Source: Octopus sinensis (Eukaryota). From it: a stretch of 64,000 nucleotides of DNA. Shown piece by piece: positions 39,515 through 52,684 of the stretch (position 1 is its first letter; each line of letters opens with the position of its first letter). The notes under the pieces are model-generated. The model worked only from the letters and a program-made list of their open reading frames with translations. It searched no databases and had not been told where the DNA came from. Position numbers and translations under genes: made by a program. The stretch is taken from assembly GCF_006345805.1 (NCBI RefSeq), contig NC_043005.1:15934001-15998000 (forward strand), written 5' to 3'.

Positions 39515-39947
39515 CTTTTACTTGCTCCAGTCACGGGACTGCAGCCACGCTGGCCATGCTGGAGCACCTCCTTAAAGGGTTTAGTCTAACAAATCAATCC
39601 CAGCACTAATTTTCTAAGTTTGGTACTTATTCTATTAGACGTTTTTCCTTAACTGGTAAGTTACAAGGAGGTAAACGAACCAACACTGGTTGCCAAGTGA
39701 TGAGGGTGGGAAAAACACAAACATGCACACACTCAACACACACACACACATGCACACACGCACACATACTAACACATACACAAATATATATAAAACAGGC
39801 TTCCACTCAGCTTCTGTCCAGTAATTCACTCACAAAGCATTGGTCAGCCTGGGACTATTAAAAGACATTTACTCAAGGTACCGCACAGTGGGATTGACCC
39901 CACAAAGCCACATGGTTGCAAAGTATGCTTCTTAACCACAAAGCCAC
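39515..39947 (-). mobile_element. Diverged SINE family A
   Basis: GGCCATGCTGGAGCACC...CACTCACAAAGC...CACAGTGGGA...CCACATGGTT in reverse orientation. Confidence 0.75.
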
Positions 39948-40573
39948 GAGGAAATGAGATGCGGTGATGCTTATGCATTTCCCAAAAGCTATTCCTAAAT
40001 TATTTATTTAGGTGGAAAGTAACAACTTCCTAAGTCAATCAAGCCAATCAAAGCTGTCTGATTTTAAGGCCTGCTATATATTTTAAAAAAATGTTTTTAT
40101 TAATCTGGCACATGGCCCAAATATACAAGGGGAGGGAAATGAAAAGTGATCCCTTTCCAAACATTAATAATTAGCAATGAAAAATGATGATTGATTTTAA
40201 TTAGGCATCAATTAATGAGTTGGGGTGGGGTTAAAAAGACATTTCACAAAAGTTGGTATTGGCGCTTGTTTGATGTTAATGCTTGTCTAAAAGTCATTAG
40301 AATCAAGACATTACCAAAACAGGATTTGAAACCCTTTAACTAGGAATTGAAACCGTCAACAATTCAAAGACCTTTTTTTTTTTTTTAAACAAAGACTTTG
40401 GGAATTTTAGTAAGGATTATTTCCTTTGCATTTGCGATTAATTCTTGAGAACACATGATTTGCTGAAGTCTTTAGAGTGGGTGTTGCTAAATGAAGAGAA
40501 AGAAAGAAAGAAAGTGAGAAGAGAGGAGAGAGAAGAGACAGACAGGAAGAAGGAAAAAGTGTGTGTGTGTTAG

Positions 40574-40618
<45 letters not shown>

Positions 40619-40654
40619 ACAGACAGGAAGAAGGAAAAAGTGTGTGTGTGTTAG

Positions 40655-40707
<53 letters not shown>

Positions 40708-41847
40708 TGGGGGCAAAGAAGAGGGAGGAGGTTGCAATGTGTAACTTTTAGGGCTGGCTGGGATAGTAAGTGGGAAACAATGGTGCTGAGAGTGGTGTTG
40801 GTGGGAAAGCTGGTGCTGGTGGAGGTGTGAGGGTGTTTTCAAAAACCGCTGGTTCATCAGAATTTCATGTATTCCAAGCATTTTGGTGAGGGGTTTACTT
40901 TACAGTGGTGATGTGGTGGGCAGAGTAGGATGTGAGTGTGGAGGGTGTGCGTGTGTGTTTGTACGTGTGTGTGTGCGTGTGTGTGTGTGTGTGTGTGTGC
41001 AGAGGATATATATGTGTGTGTGAGTGTGTTTATGGAGGTGTGTGTGTTCGTGTGTGAATGTGCAGCAGGCATGTACGTGTATGTGAATGCCTGTGTGTGT
41101 GTGTGTATGTGTGTGTATGTGTGTAAGTGTGTGTATGCATGTATGTGTGTGTATACTCGTGTGTGTATGCACATGTGTGTATGTGTGTGTGTGAGTGTGT
41201 GGTTGCCTTATCACAAACTTTATTAAAAATCATATACTTCCTTAAATTTTAATAAAACTTTATATGTGTATTTGTGTATACACACACATATACATATACA
41301 TATATGTGTGTTTGTGTCTGTACATGTGTATGATCAGTATTTTATACCAACTTTTTCATGTTGGAATGGTTTGGACAGTTTTTATAAGACAATGTTTTAT
41401 GCCCAAATGCCCTTTCTGCGGCCATCTTATTTAGCTGATTCATATGACATGCTGGTTATAGAAGTAGAATATGTATAATATGCATATATATTTATATATG
41501 TATGTATATAAATGCATGGATTCATGTATATATGGGCTTTCTGTGCATATTTGATAAATATTAATATAACCAACTATTTTCCATAATGTACATGTAATAA
41601 TACAGATACACACACATATACCTGTAAATATATGATATAAAAGTGCATTTATATAGACATACGTATCTCTGTCTTTCTTCATGCATCCTCTGTGTGTGTG
41701 TTAGCGTTTATATATATATATAAGATTTAAACTGGTCGTGTGCATACATGCATATATATATGTATGTATACATTCGTATATGTAAGTATATCGTATGTTG
41801 TATATATATATATATATGTATTTGTATTTATGTGCTTTCTGAGTATA

Positions 41848-41904
41848 TTCCACTGATGAAGGCAGAGCATTTCTTATGCAGAGCCAGAAATCCAGGATCT
41901 GGAA
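41848..41904 (+). ncRNA. Minimal type-I hammerhead ribozyme motif
   Basis: TTCCA-CTGATGA-A-GGC...GCC-A-GAAA-TCCAGGA-TC-TGGAA; perfect 5 bp stem I, predicted AUC cleavage after 41899; downstream sequence recurs inverted at ~50320-50430. Confidence 0.7.
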
Positions 41905-42415
41905 TTATCCAGTAATATTTTTGCTAGTTTATTTTGTCTCTTTGTCTTCTCCCCTGGTGCTGTATGAACATGTAAATGTGGTTTTAGAATAAAGTTTTGA
42001 CTGCTATTTCCAGCGTGGTGGTATCTCTTAGATACCCTAAATTATAATTTTAAATAATTATTACCTTTGAAGGTTTTTATTCCCATGCTGGCCACCTAAG
42101 ATCGATATTTAAACAATGATCTTATCCTTATTCATATAAATATATATATATATATATATATTGCTATGGTGTAGCAGGGGTACACAGTGTCTGGAAGTGA
42201 ACACAATTTTGAATGACCATCGCCTTAACCGTCAGGTTAAGGTGCAGGAACATTTGTGTCCATTCACTCTTGCATTTGGAGATGGTGGCAGTTTCTTTTA
42301 TTCTCCTCTTGTCTGTCTGTATGTACTTACATGTGTGTGTGTGTGTGTGTGTGTATTGATCTCCCCTATTTCACATGCCTTCAGTGATATATATATATAT
42401 ACATATATGTATGTA

Positions 42416-42469
<54 letters not shown>

Positions 42470-43249
42470 TATATACTGTTGAAGGCATATGAAGTGTGGG
42501 GAATCAGTTGGAAAAGCAATGCTTATCATCGCTACACACAAGTAAGGGGAAGAACAAGGAATTTTTTTTTAAATCACATTTTTCATGCAGAAATTAAATG
42601 ATCTGCCCAAAAGTACAAAGCCAATGTAGCAATTGGGGAAAGCTTGTCTGCAATATCTGCAGACATGTATGTTTATCAAGGGCTGGACTCATCAGCCACC
42701 AGCTGAGCCACAAGTGTAAAGTATAAATTTGTCTGAGTGCACGATATTCTTATTGGTCAGTGATGGTCTTCCTTAGTCATGGGACATAATGACCAAGAAT
42801 GCACATCTTTGTCCAGTTTGCTATTCTTTCTGCTATCTACCATGTTCGGAAAAATAATATCTGCAACTTAGCCACTTGATAAATGGACATTGATAAAACA
42901 AGTATCAGTGAGAAATAAGTATTGGGATTGATATCATCATCATCATCATCCAGTGTTTAAAATCTGGGTTTTGTCCCCGTTAATGGAGGTGGCCTGATCT
43001 ACCTCAATGCCATAGCAACCAAGTTAGGCAGGTGCAGCCCACCCCAACCTTTAGGCTGACCGGTACCCATTCACCTTTGCTATCTTTGAAGGTAGTGCCC
43101 GTTTCTTTGCCCACTAAAACTAGCAACAGAATAAAAGGATAAACCAAGGCACAAGGCCTTGGTTTATGCTTTTGCTGCAGATTTTTATCGATTCAGTTGA
43201 TTTAGTTCCCCATAGCACAGGTTTAAAATTTATAATTAATTTTTAATTT

Positions 43250-43465
43250 TGGCTGAAGGTCAGCAGTTTCAAGGAGGAGAAGCAAGTTGATTACATCACC
43301 CCCATTACCTAAATGGTACCCATTTTATCAATCTTGTGAATACAAAATGCAAAGTCTACCTTGGCAGAATTAGAACTCGGAATGTAATTGGTTGGAAGAA
43401 ATGCAACTCAGCATTCTTCTCGACGAAGTAATGATTTTGCCAGCTCATCAACTTATTATAATAAT

Positions 43466-43512
<47 letters not shown>

Positions 43513-44890
43513 CGATAATAATGATAATAGTAATAATCCTTTCTACTATAGACACAAGGGGGTCAGTCAATTAGATTGACCCCAGTATGCAACTGGTACT
43601 TAATTTATCGACCCCAAAAGGATGAAAGGCAAAGCTGACCTCTGCAGAATTTGAACTCAGAATGTAGCAATGGGCGAAATACCGCTAAGCATTTCGTCCA
43701 ACATGCTAACAATTCTGCCAGTTTGCCACCTTTGTAGTAGTAATAATAATAATAATAATAATAATATAATAAGTACAAAGATAAACTTTTTTCAACATCT
43801 AAATACCGAACAGTATATATATATATATATATATATAAAGGATAAAATCCTTTTAAGAGCAGAAAAATTTTTCTGGCAACCAGCCATGAAGATCGAACTT
43901 ACACCCCTCGATTTGAATTTTGGCAGAAGGCCAGCAAGTTCGAAGGAGAGGCTAAGTACTCAGCTGGTCCTTATTTTATCAATTCTGAAAGGATGAACGG
44001 TAAAGTCGATATCAGCAAATTTTGAACACAGGACCTAAAACTGGATGAAATGCTGACTAAGCATTTTGCCTGGCATGTTAACAATTCTGTCAGGCACAAG
44101 GCTGAAGTTTTAGGGAGAGGGTGTTAGTTGATTTGCGTTGCCCCCAGTACTCAACTGGTATTATTTTATCAGTCACAAAAGTATGAAAGGAAAAGTCGAC
44201 CTCAGCAGTATTTGGACTCATAATGTAGGAAACCAGAAGAAATGCCACAAGGCAATTTGTCTGATACAAATTGTCTGATACAAATTGTCTGATACATGGT
44301 TGATACAATTCTGACAGCTGGTGCCTTAATGATAATAATAATCCTTTCTTATTTCTTTATTGCCCTCAAGGGGCTAAACATATAGGGGACAAACAAGGAT
44401 GGACAAAGGGATTAAGTCGATTACATTGACCCCAGTGTATAACTGGTACTTAATTTATCGACTCTGAAAGGATGAAAAGCAAAGTCAACCTCAGCAGAAT
44501 TTGAACTCAGAACGTAATGTCAGACGAAATACTGCAAAGCATTTCGCCCGGCGTGCTAACATTTCTACCAGCTAGCCACCTTCAATGATAATAATAATAT
44601 GATAATGATAATAATAATAATTATCAATGATAATAATAATTATCAATGATAATGATAATAATAATAATCCTTTCTACTATAGGCACAAGGCCTGAAAATT
44701 TTTTTGGGGTTGGGGGCAGTCAATTAGATCAACCCCAGTATGCAACTGGTACTTAATTTATTGACCCCAAAAGGATGAAAGGCAAAGTCAACCGCTGTAG
44801 AATCTGAAGTCAGAACATGAAGAGTGACAAAATGCCACTAAGCATTTTGCTTGGTGTGCTAATGATTCTGCTAGCTTGTCGTCTTCTTAA
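43250..44890 (-). mobile_element. Array of about six same-orientation SINE family B copies separated by (AAT)n
   Basis: B-family cores at ~43330, ~43610, ~43985, ~44180, ~44460 and ~44765. Confidence 0.8.
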
Positions 44891-45447
44891 TGATTATAAT
44901 AATGATGCTTCTTTACACATACTTACATACGCACATAACCTTATACACATATTGTATCCAACCCTCCAGGCCTCACACTAAGCACTATGGACAATCCTTC
45001 CCTCCCAGAATATTATATCCCTGGAATTCTCACACTGCACATATCATTCTTGTCATTAAATTGCAACGGGTTAAGTGGTAAATTAAAAACGCCAGTCTCA
45101 TGGGTCTCAGATGACTGGGGAAGGCCATGGGTGCTTACCCCTTCTTCTAAACCAACTAAATAATAGATATAAATATATATGAACATTCACATATACACAT
45201 ATACACACACACATGTATATATACATACACACATACAGACATGCAAACACACACACACACTTATATACATGCATGCTTTCATGCACACTGCTACATGCAC
45301 AGACACACACACACACATGTAGGGTGTTGGCTTATTGGTCTGAAAGCCACATGTTCATATTTTCTCCCTGTCCTTAGAACTGTTTTTTTTGCCATACCTG
45401 TGCATAATGGAGGGTCCATTAAATTTTTCCCACTACCCTACTTAACT

Positions 45448-45482
<35 letters not shown>

Positions 45483-45781
45483 TAAGCTTTTACATGTGCA
45501 TGTAGTGAAAAAGGGTGACAGAGAGAGAAAGTCAAGAAAGAAAAGGAACAAAAAATAAAATTCATTTTAACCCCTCCCCCCTGCCAATTTCTTCAAGGAA
45601 AGATATAGGGTTGGGGTGTGGGTAAGGCTTGCATTTCTTCAATTTCGGAAAGTCAGTAGTGGGGGTGGGGATCCCTTATGTACTTTTTTTTTAGGGCCAG
45701 AGTATATTGCATCTCACTGCCCTGGTTATATTTTTCTAAAACTAATAAGGCACACACACACATGCGTGCACACACACACGT

Positions 45782-45813
<32 letters not shown>

Positions 45814-46156
45814 ATGCACACAACTAATACATACGTGTATCTATCTATCTATATATTTATATATAAAGAAAACAAAAAACAATGCACAAAAAAAAAAGAA
45901 ACACAGAGTAAATTTTTTAGATGCAAAACACAGTTAATATTGTAGACCAGCTGACCATCTGCTCCTGTCTATCCCCGCCCACCCCACACAAAAAGTATCT
46001 CTTCAAAAGTTTTAAATTTAAAATTAAGTGTTAAATACAAATGTTAAATGTGAGTGTTATTTTGTAAGTTTTACTTCATGCATGAATGAAAAAAAAATAA
46101 GTGAAACAAAAGGTGGGAGATAAAAAGAAATTGAAAACATATTAAGTATAACTCAC

Positions 46157-46307
46157 CTGGTGGCAGAGCTACATTTGCACTATATGTTCCGGAAAAACAG
46201 AGAACCAGCAGGATCAGTAGTTCCAGAAAGTGTGTGTAAGGTTTATTAAAACGTCTCCAGACTTGAGTACTTTGTCCACTGACAAGTCTTGAAATTTGGC
46301 CATCCAT
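46157..46307 (-). CDS. First coding exon of an unidentified secreted or membrane protein (signal-peptide exon; gene continues leftwards)
   Basis: ATG at 46307 in ataATGG context with in-frame TAA and TAG just upstream; encodes MDGQISRLVSGQSTQVWRRFNKPYTHFLELLILLVLCFSGTYSANVALPP (hydrophobic core followed by small residues); ends at consensus phase-1 donor CAG|GTGAGT (46156-46151); non-repetitive sequence. Confidence 0.7.
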
Positions 46308-46646
46308 TATTAGCTATTAAGAATTTTTTTTTTTGACAAAAAAAAATTATAATTATTGTTAACTACTATTTCTTATTCACCTGTTCTTGTCATTCCTTAT
46401 ATCCCAAAATTGCCGGTTTTGTTGTTGTTCTTGTTCCCTATTCCATATTGCTCAGAATATGGGAAAAAGGCACACCGGCCTGTTGAGATTATAGAACTCT
46501 CCGAGACCACTTGTTCCAATGGCTCGTACCAAGGACAAGATGAAATTGTCAAGGATTCAGCTACTTTAGGAAGTAGAGTGTAGTAAGTAGGATAACGCTG
46601 ACTCTTAATCAATGTCGATTGGCTGTTGGGTTCAGGCCTCAGCCAG
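46308..46646 (-). promoter_or_regulatory. Probable 5' UTR portion of the same exon, or proximal promoter
   Basis: Unique sequence; candidate acceptor TTCTCCGTTTTGCCCTATCAG| ending at 46647 with CTGAC branch-like motif ~40 nt upstream; two short uORFs (46438-46446, 46373-46393); CCAAT motifs near 46620 and 46672. Confidence 0.4.
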
Positions 46647-47210
46647 CTGATAGGGCAAAACGGAGAACCAACCAATATTATTATTAAGTCAGAAATACTT
46701 CCACATCAAGGCAAAAAGAAGAAGAAAAAAAAATTAACAAAAAAATATTCAAATAAATAAAAAAATAATAAGCAGACAAAAAGGAAGGAAAGAAAGAGAA
46801 GATGAAGAGAAAGAGAAAGAAAAAAATGTGGTAGGCAATAATGGTGGTAGTGGGTGATGGTAGTGATGATGATGGTGGTGGTAGCAGATGTGGTGGTGTG
46901 GTGATAGTACTGATGAATATGTTGGTGGTGGTGGTGGTGTTGCTGCTGTTGATGGTGGTGGTGGTGGTGATAGTGGATTAGTTGGAGGGTGGGGTTTTTT
47001 TATAGGTGGGGGAGAGAAAGCAGGCAGGTGGCGGTAAGAGGGGGTGGATTCTGGGGTTTTGGGGGAGGTGGGAGCTGGGGTGAAGGCATGGTGTTTTCTT
47101 TAAAGAAAATAAGAAAGAAGGGTGGAAGATCTTAGCTATAATTAAAGTCAGTCCGGAAACTCACATTATGAAATCACTAAGAATTTTATTGTAAAGAAAT
47201 GAATTTAATA

Positions 47211-47267
<57 letters not shown>

Positions 47268-48099
47268 TGATAATAATAATGATAATTGATGTTGTTTCTA
47301 ATTTAGGCAATTTTTGAGGGGAGGGGCTAGTGGACACTGTCAACACCACTACTTGACTGAAACTTTATTTTATCAACCCCAAAGGGATGAAGGCAAAGTT
47401 CAGAGGGATTTCAACTCGCCAGATTAAAATTTTGACACTTTATTAATTCTGCTTATCCTTCGTCTCAAGATTTGCAAAAGAAGAAAATTATGCAAAGAAG
47501 GAAAACTGCTGATTATATCAACTCCAGTATTTGACACTGATACTTCATTTTATCAAGTCCCAGAAAAAAAAAAAAAAAAAAAAAAATTTCAGTGTGATTT
47601 GAACTCAGAATGTAAAGGGACATAACTAAATATTGCAAGACATCATCAGTCTCACACTAATGGCTCTGCCAGTCCATGAAATTTCTTATTACACAGCCAT
47701 GCACATGCCTATATGATGATGATGATGATGATGATGAGGAGGAGGAGGAGGAGGAGGAGGACAATGACGATTCCTAGCTCTGGTGTGAGGCCACAAATTT
47801 TGGTGATGGTGTAAATGATGACGATGATGATGATAATAATAACAAAAACAACAACAATAAAACAGTAATAATAATAATAATGATAATAATAATAATAATA
47901 ATAATAATACAGTTTTATAGTTTCATAGTTTTTCAAATTTTCAAAAAACACCCCCTTCACCTTATGGTTCCACCTCCCGGAGCAGACTACTTGATGGTAG
48001 GTGGGGTGTAAATAAAAGAATTTTGATACCCTGGTAGTGGTAGAGGTGGTGGTGGTGGTGGTGGTGGTGGTGGCGGCGGTGGTGGTGGAGAAGTATTAT

Positions 48100-48290
48100 A
48101 AAGATAAGGGGTATCTGGAATTAGAGGAGGAATGAAATTTGAGAGGGAGAGAGTTTTTGAAGAGAATGACAAAAAAAGAAAGCTTGTGAGAGCCAGAAAG
48201 TGAGGGAGGGGGAGAGAGAGAGAGAGAGAGAAGAAGGAGGAACAAAGAATGAGAGATGAAGAAAAAGAACATTGAGAAATATAGAGAAGA

Positions 48291-48323
<33 letters not shown>

Positions 48324-48430
48324 TAGAGAAAGTGTATAAGAGAGGGGTAGAAGTGACGTAGTGGTGCTGATGGTGGAGAGGGAAGCGTGAAAATGAAAGT
48401 AGGGAAATATAGAGACTAAGTGAAAAAGTG

Positions 48431-48483
<53 letters not shown>

Positions 48484-48507
48484 GGAGAGAGAGAGAGAGG
48501 AGAGATG

Positions 48508-48546
<39 letters not shown>

Positions 48547-48862
48547 CATAGGCAAGCAATAGAGAGTGTGTAAAAGGCAAATATCATTAGAGAAAGAGAA
48601 AGAATGACAGGTAAAGAAAAGTAAAAGAAGAGAGGGAAAGAAAAATAAAGAGAGAGAGAGAGTGTGATAGAGAGAGAGAGAGAGTGAGAGAGAGAGAGAG
48701 TGAGAGAGAGAGAGAGAGAAAGAGGGAGTGTGTGTGTGTGTGTGTGTGTGCATTTATTAGAAGAATTAAAAGGAAGAAAGCAAGATTGATAAGTTGATGA
48801 GGAGATTTGGTTAACTTTAGGAAGGGAAGCAGATAGGAAATGTCTTAGGTTTAATAAGACTG

Positions 48863-48908
<46 letters not shown>

Positions 48909-48960
48909 TTTGTCTCTCTCTCTCTCTCTCTCTCTCTCTACCAATAATCCTACCCCCCCC
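48100..48960. repeat. Long (GA)/purine-rich low-complexity tract
   Basis: Strong purine strand bias with (GA)n, then (CA)n and (TC)n; lies upstream of the minus-strand exon. Confidence 0.85.
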
Positions 48961-49356
48961 CCCCCCACCGGCTCCACATTCCTCACCACCTTCCCCATCA
49001 TGTAAAGAAACAAATTAGGCTTACTTAGCTATTCCTTGACTCTTTGATAGAAGTAACAGTTACTTACATAAACTACACACCCCACCACCACCACCACCAC
49101 ACTTCCTGCAAGCAGCCAGTGAGGGATCCTCAACATGGCCACTTGCTTTACTAGAAACAGCAGCTAAATGTCTTTCGAAATCTCTCACTACCATCTTGAA
49201 AAACAAAAGGACGCATGTACAAATAGCTAGGGTGGTCATGGCTGAGCTGCAGCTAAATAACAACAATTCCTCTTCCAGCTCTGACCTTGCCCCATCATGA
49301 ACCTTTCACTCTTTTTCTGCTTATCTTTCTGTTTCTTCCTCTCTCACAAACTCATA

Positions 49357-49420
<64 letters not shown>

Positions 49421-49567
49421 CTGACTTTCTCTCTGTCTCTATTATTCTCTCTTTCCCTTAGACCCTCATTTTAGTCCTCTTGTTTGATTCACACTCAACG
49501 TAATTGTACTGTATATATAAACATACATACATACATATATACATACATACATACATACATACATACA

Positions 49568-49599
<32 letters not shown>

Positions 49600-49805
49600 C
49601 ACACATACACACACACACACATTTTAAATGCTGTTGGATTTTTCTCAAAAGGTATTGGAATTTTACATATATACCATTCTGCCTAAAAAAATGGATCTAC
49701 AAATTCAATATCCCTACATATCTCACATCTATTTTCTTTCCTCCACCTCACTCTCTATTTCAAATCCAATCTAAATTAATTATTACTTAACCATCCTCTC
49801 ACACC

Positions 49806-49857
49806 GTCTCCGATTAAGGGATATAATTAATAAATATCCTGGAAACAGCTGTAAGAC
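49806..49857 (+). ncRNA. Decayed copy of the 36430 hammerhead family
   Basis: GTCT-CCGATTA-AGGGATAT...ATATCCT-G-GAAACAGCTGTA-AGAC; core mutated. Confidence 0.45.
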
Positions 49858-50443
49858 CTTCTATCTATAAATGTTCTAATATCTACACAACCTTAGTTTT
49901 TTTATCTCATTATGCAAAAAATTCTTATATACACACGCTGACATATGACCAACGTTGAACCCCTTATTCGCAAAATCCTCAAACCTGGAACTTAACTATG
50001 GTCTGTCTATAGCACTTGTTCAACTTTACCTGACACCTTTGGGACTCAATGACACCAATACCTGTTATATATATATGCACACATGCTTATATGAACAGAC
50101 AATATTATATGCATGCATATGCACAAACATGTAGACATTTATTAATAAATGCATTATGAATTATGATGTGCATATGTGTGTGTATATCTAATATAACATA
50201 TATGCTTTTTAGTAAGTTTTGATATGTGCAAGAATGTACACATACACACACATATAAAATTTATATAAGTATGCATGCATGTATATGTATGTATGTGTGT
50301 GTGTGAGTGTGTGTGCATAGGAATAAAAACCTTCATAGGTAATAATTATTCAAAATTATAATTTAAGGTATCTAAGTGATACCACCGTGCTGGAAATAGC
50401 AGCCAAATCTTGACTCTAAAATCACATTAATATATATATATAT

Positions 50444-50601
50444 AAGGAGTGGCTGTGTGGTAAGTAGCTTGCTTACCAACCACACGGTTCCGGGTTCAGT
50501 CCCACTGCGTGACACCTTGGGCAAGTGTCTTCTACTATAGCCTCGGGCTGACCAACGCCTTGTGAGTGGATTTACTAGACGGAAACTGAAGAAGCCTGTC
50601 G

Positions 50602-50634
<33 letters not shown>

Positions 50635-50850
50635 GTGTGTGTGTGTTTGTGTGTCTGTGTTTGTCCCCCCAACATTGCTTGACATGTTTGGTATGTTTAT
50701 GTCCTCGTTACTTAGCGGTTCGGCAAAAGAGACCGATAGAATAAGTACTAGGCTCACAAAGAATAAGTCCTGGGATCGATTTGCTCGACCCAAAGGCGGT
50801 GCTCCAGCATGGCCGCAGTCAAATGACTGAAACAAGTAAAAGAGTAAAAA
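50444..50850 (+). mobile_element. SINE family A
   Basis: Matches the reference copy. Confidence 0.85.
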
Positions 50851-50868
50851 GATATTGAGAGAGAGAGG

Positions 50869-50936
<68 letters not shown>

Positions 50937-51523
50937 CAGATAGATAGATAGATAAACATACATCAAAGCTATATACAAATATATAGCCATACTCTTATGC
51001 ATAAGCTTAACAATGTGTATATCACCATGTATATGTATGTGTATGTGAATGAGTGTGTCGGTGTGTGTTTCTTTCCACATTCCACTTGAATTTCCTTCCT
51101 CCCACCACCATTTCAGCCACTTCTTCAGCTGCACTGTTATGCCAGCAGCATCTCATACAGACATACTACCATTTTTTCTCATTTGGAATCCTACCCCTAG
51201 CATCAAACTCATGATCATCTGCACCCCAGCCCTTAAAAATAAAATTAATAAAAAAAAATGAATAGAAAACTTCTTTACACTGGTACTGCTGTGAAAAACG
51301 ACCAGCCACTCTACCCACAAATTCTAGTCCAAGCATTTGGAGCTAAAAAATACAAGAATCCTACATTATCCATTAATATCATGCATACAAGCCTTGTCCA
51401 ATATCTCAAATGATTGTCCTTCTCTGTGTCTATCTATCATACTGTGTTCTTCTAAATATACACATGTATAAAGAAAAAACAAGCACACATTTAAATGCAT
51501 ATTTGCATATATATGTGTGTGTG

Positions 51524-51822
51524 TGGAGGCGCAATGGCCCAGTAGTTAGGGCAGCGGACTCGCAGTTTCGATTCCCAGACCGGGCGTCGTGAGTGTTTAT
51601 TGAACGAAAACACCTAAAAGCTCCACGAGGCTCCGGCAGGGGGTGGTGGCGATCCCTGCTGTACTCCTTCGCCACAACTTTCTCTCACACTTTCTTCTGT
51701 TGGCCTGCTCGCTTAGCCAGCGGGGTGGCATCATTTGAAGGCTAAAACAATGCGAAGCGCATTGTGACCAGCGATGTGTAACAACATCTGATAGCCTGGT
51801 CGATCACGGTCATCATGGTGAT
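51524..51822 (+). mobile_element. SINE family C (tRNA-Arg-like head), tail type 1
   Basis: GGAGGCGCAATGGCCCAGTAGTTAGGGCAGCGGACTCGC head, shared body to CAACTTTCTCTCAC, distinct tail ...GCGAAGCGCATTGTGACCAGCGATGTG... Confidence 0.8.
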
Positions 51823-51854
51823 ATATATATATTATATATATATATATAAAAACA

Positions 51855-51897
<43 letters not shown>

Positions 51898-51898
51898 T

Positions 51899-51946
<48 letters not shown>

Positions 51947-51958
51947 ATATATATATTA

Positions 51959-52013
<55 letters not shown>

Positions 52014-52195
52014 TTATATATATATATATATGTATGTATGTATATAAGGCATTCAATACCAGTAAAGACAAAGGTATACACATACTCACACATGTACATT
52101 TATACATATACACTTGTGGGTATATTGCTAAAGGCCTATATAGACAGAAGTGCACAAACATGCACTTACACTAACACATACACAAACTTACATAC

Positions 52196-52228
<33 letters not shown>

Positions 52229-52277
52229 TATATATATAGATCCCTATGTATATCTTGAAAAAAATTCTTATATATAT

Positions 52278-52684
52278 AGGCATAGGAGTGGCTGTGTGGT
52301 AAGTAGCTTGCTTGGAACCACATGGTTCTGGGTTCAGTCCCACTGTGAGGCACCTTGGGCAAGTGACTTCTGCTATAGCTTCGGGCCGACCAAAACCTTG
52401 TGAGTGGATTTGGTAGACGGAAACTGAAAGAAACCCATCGTATATATGTATGTATATATATATATATGTATGTGTATATGTTTGTGTGTCTGTGTTTGTC
52501 CCCCCAACATTGCTTGACAACCAATGTTGGTGTGTTTACATTCCCGTAACTTAGCGGTTCAGCAAAAGAGACAGATAGAATAAGTACTAGGCTTACAAAG
52601 AATAAGTCCTGGGGTCAATTTGCTTGACTAAAAGGTGGTGCTCCAACATGGCCACAGTCAAATGACCGAAACAAGTAAAAGAGT
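52278..52684 (+). mobile_element. SINE family A
   Basis: Matches the reference copy. Confidence 0.85.

Noticed and set aside
36430-41904. Both intact intronic hammerheads are antisense to the host gene
   Set aside because: Only two cases, and the palindromic elements supply both orientations; no statistical support for selection.
42660-42700. CTGATGAGTCC on the minus strand
   Set aside because: No complementary GGAC-GAAA or stem III follows; not a hammerhead.
46397-46675. 92 aa minus-strand ORF upstream of the signal-peptide exon
   Set aside because: Non-ATG start, stops before the main ATG, no recognisable motif; more simply UTR or promoter sequence.
48096-49013. 305 aa hydrophobic ORF
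   Set aside because: Translation of the CT/GA low-complexity tract.
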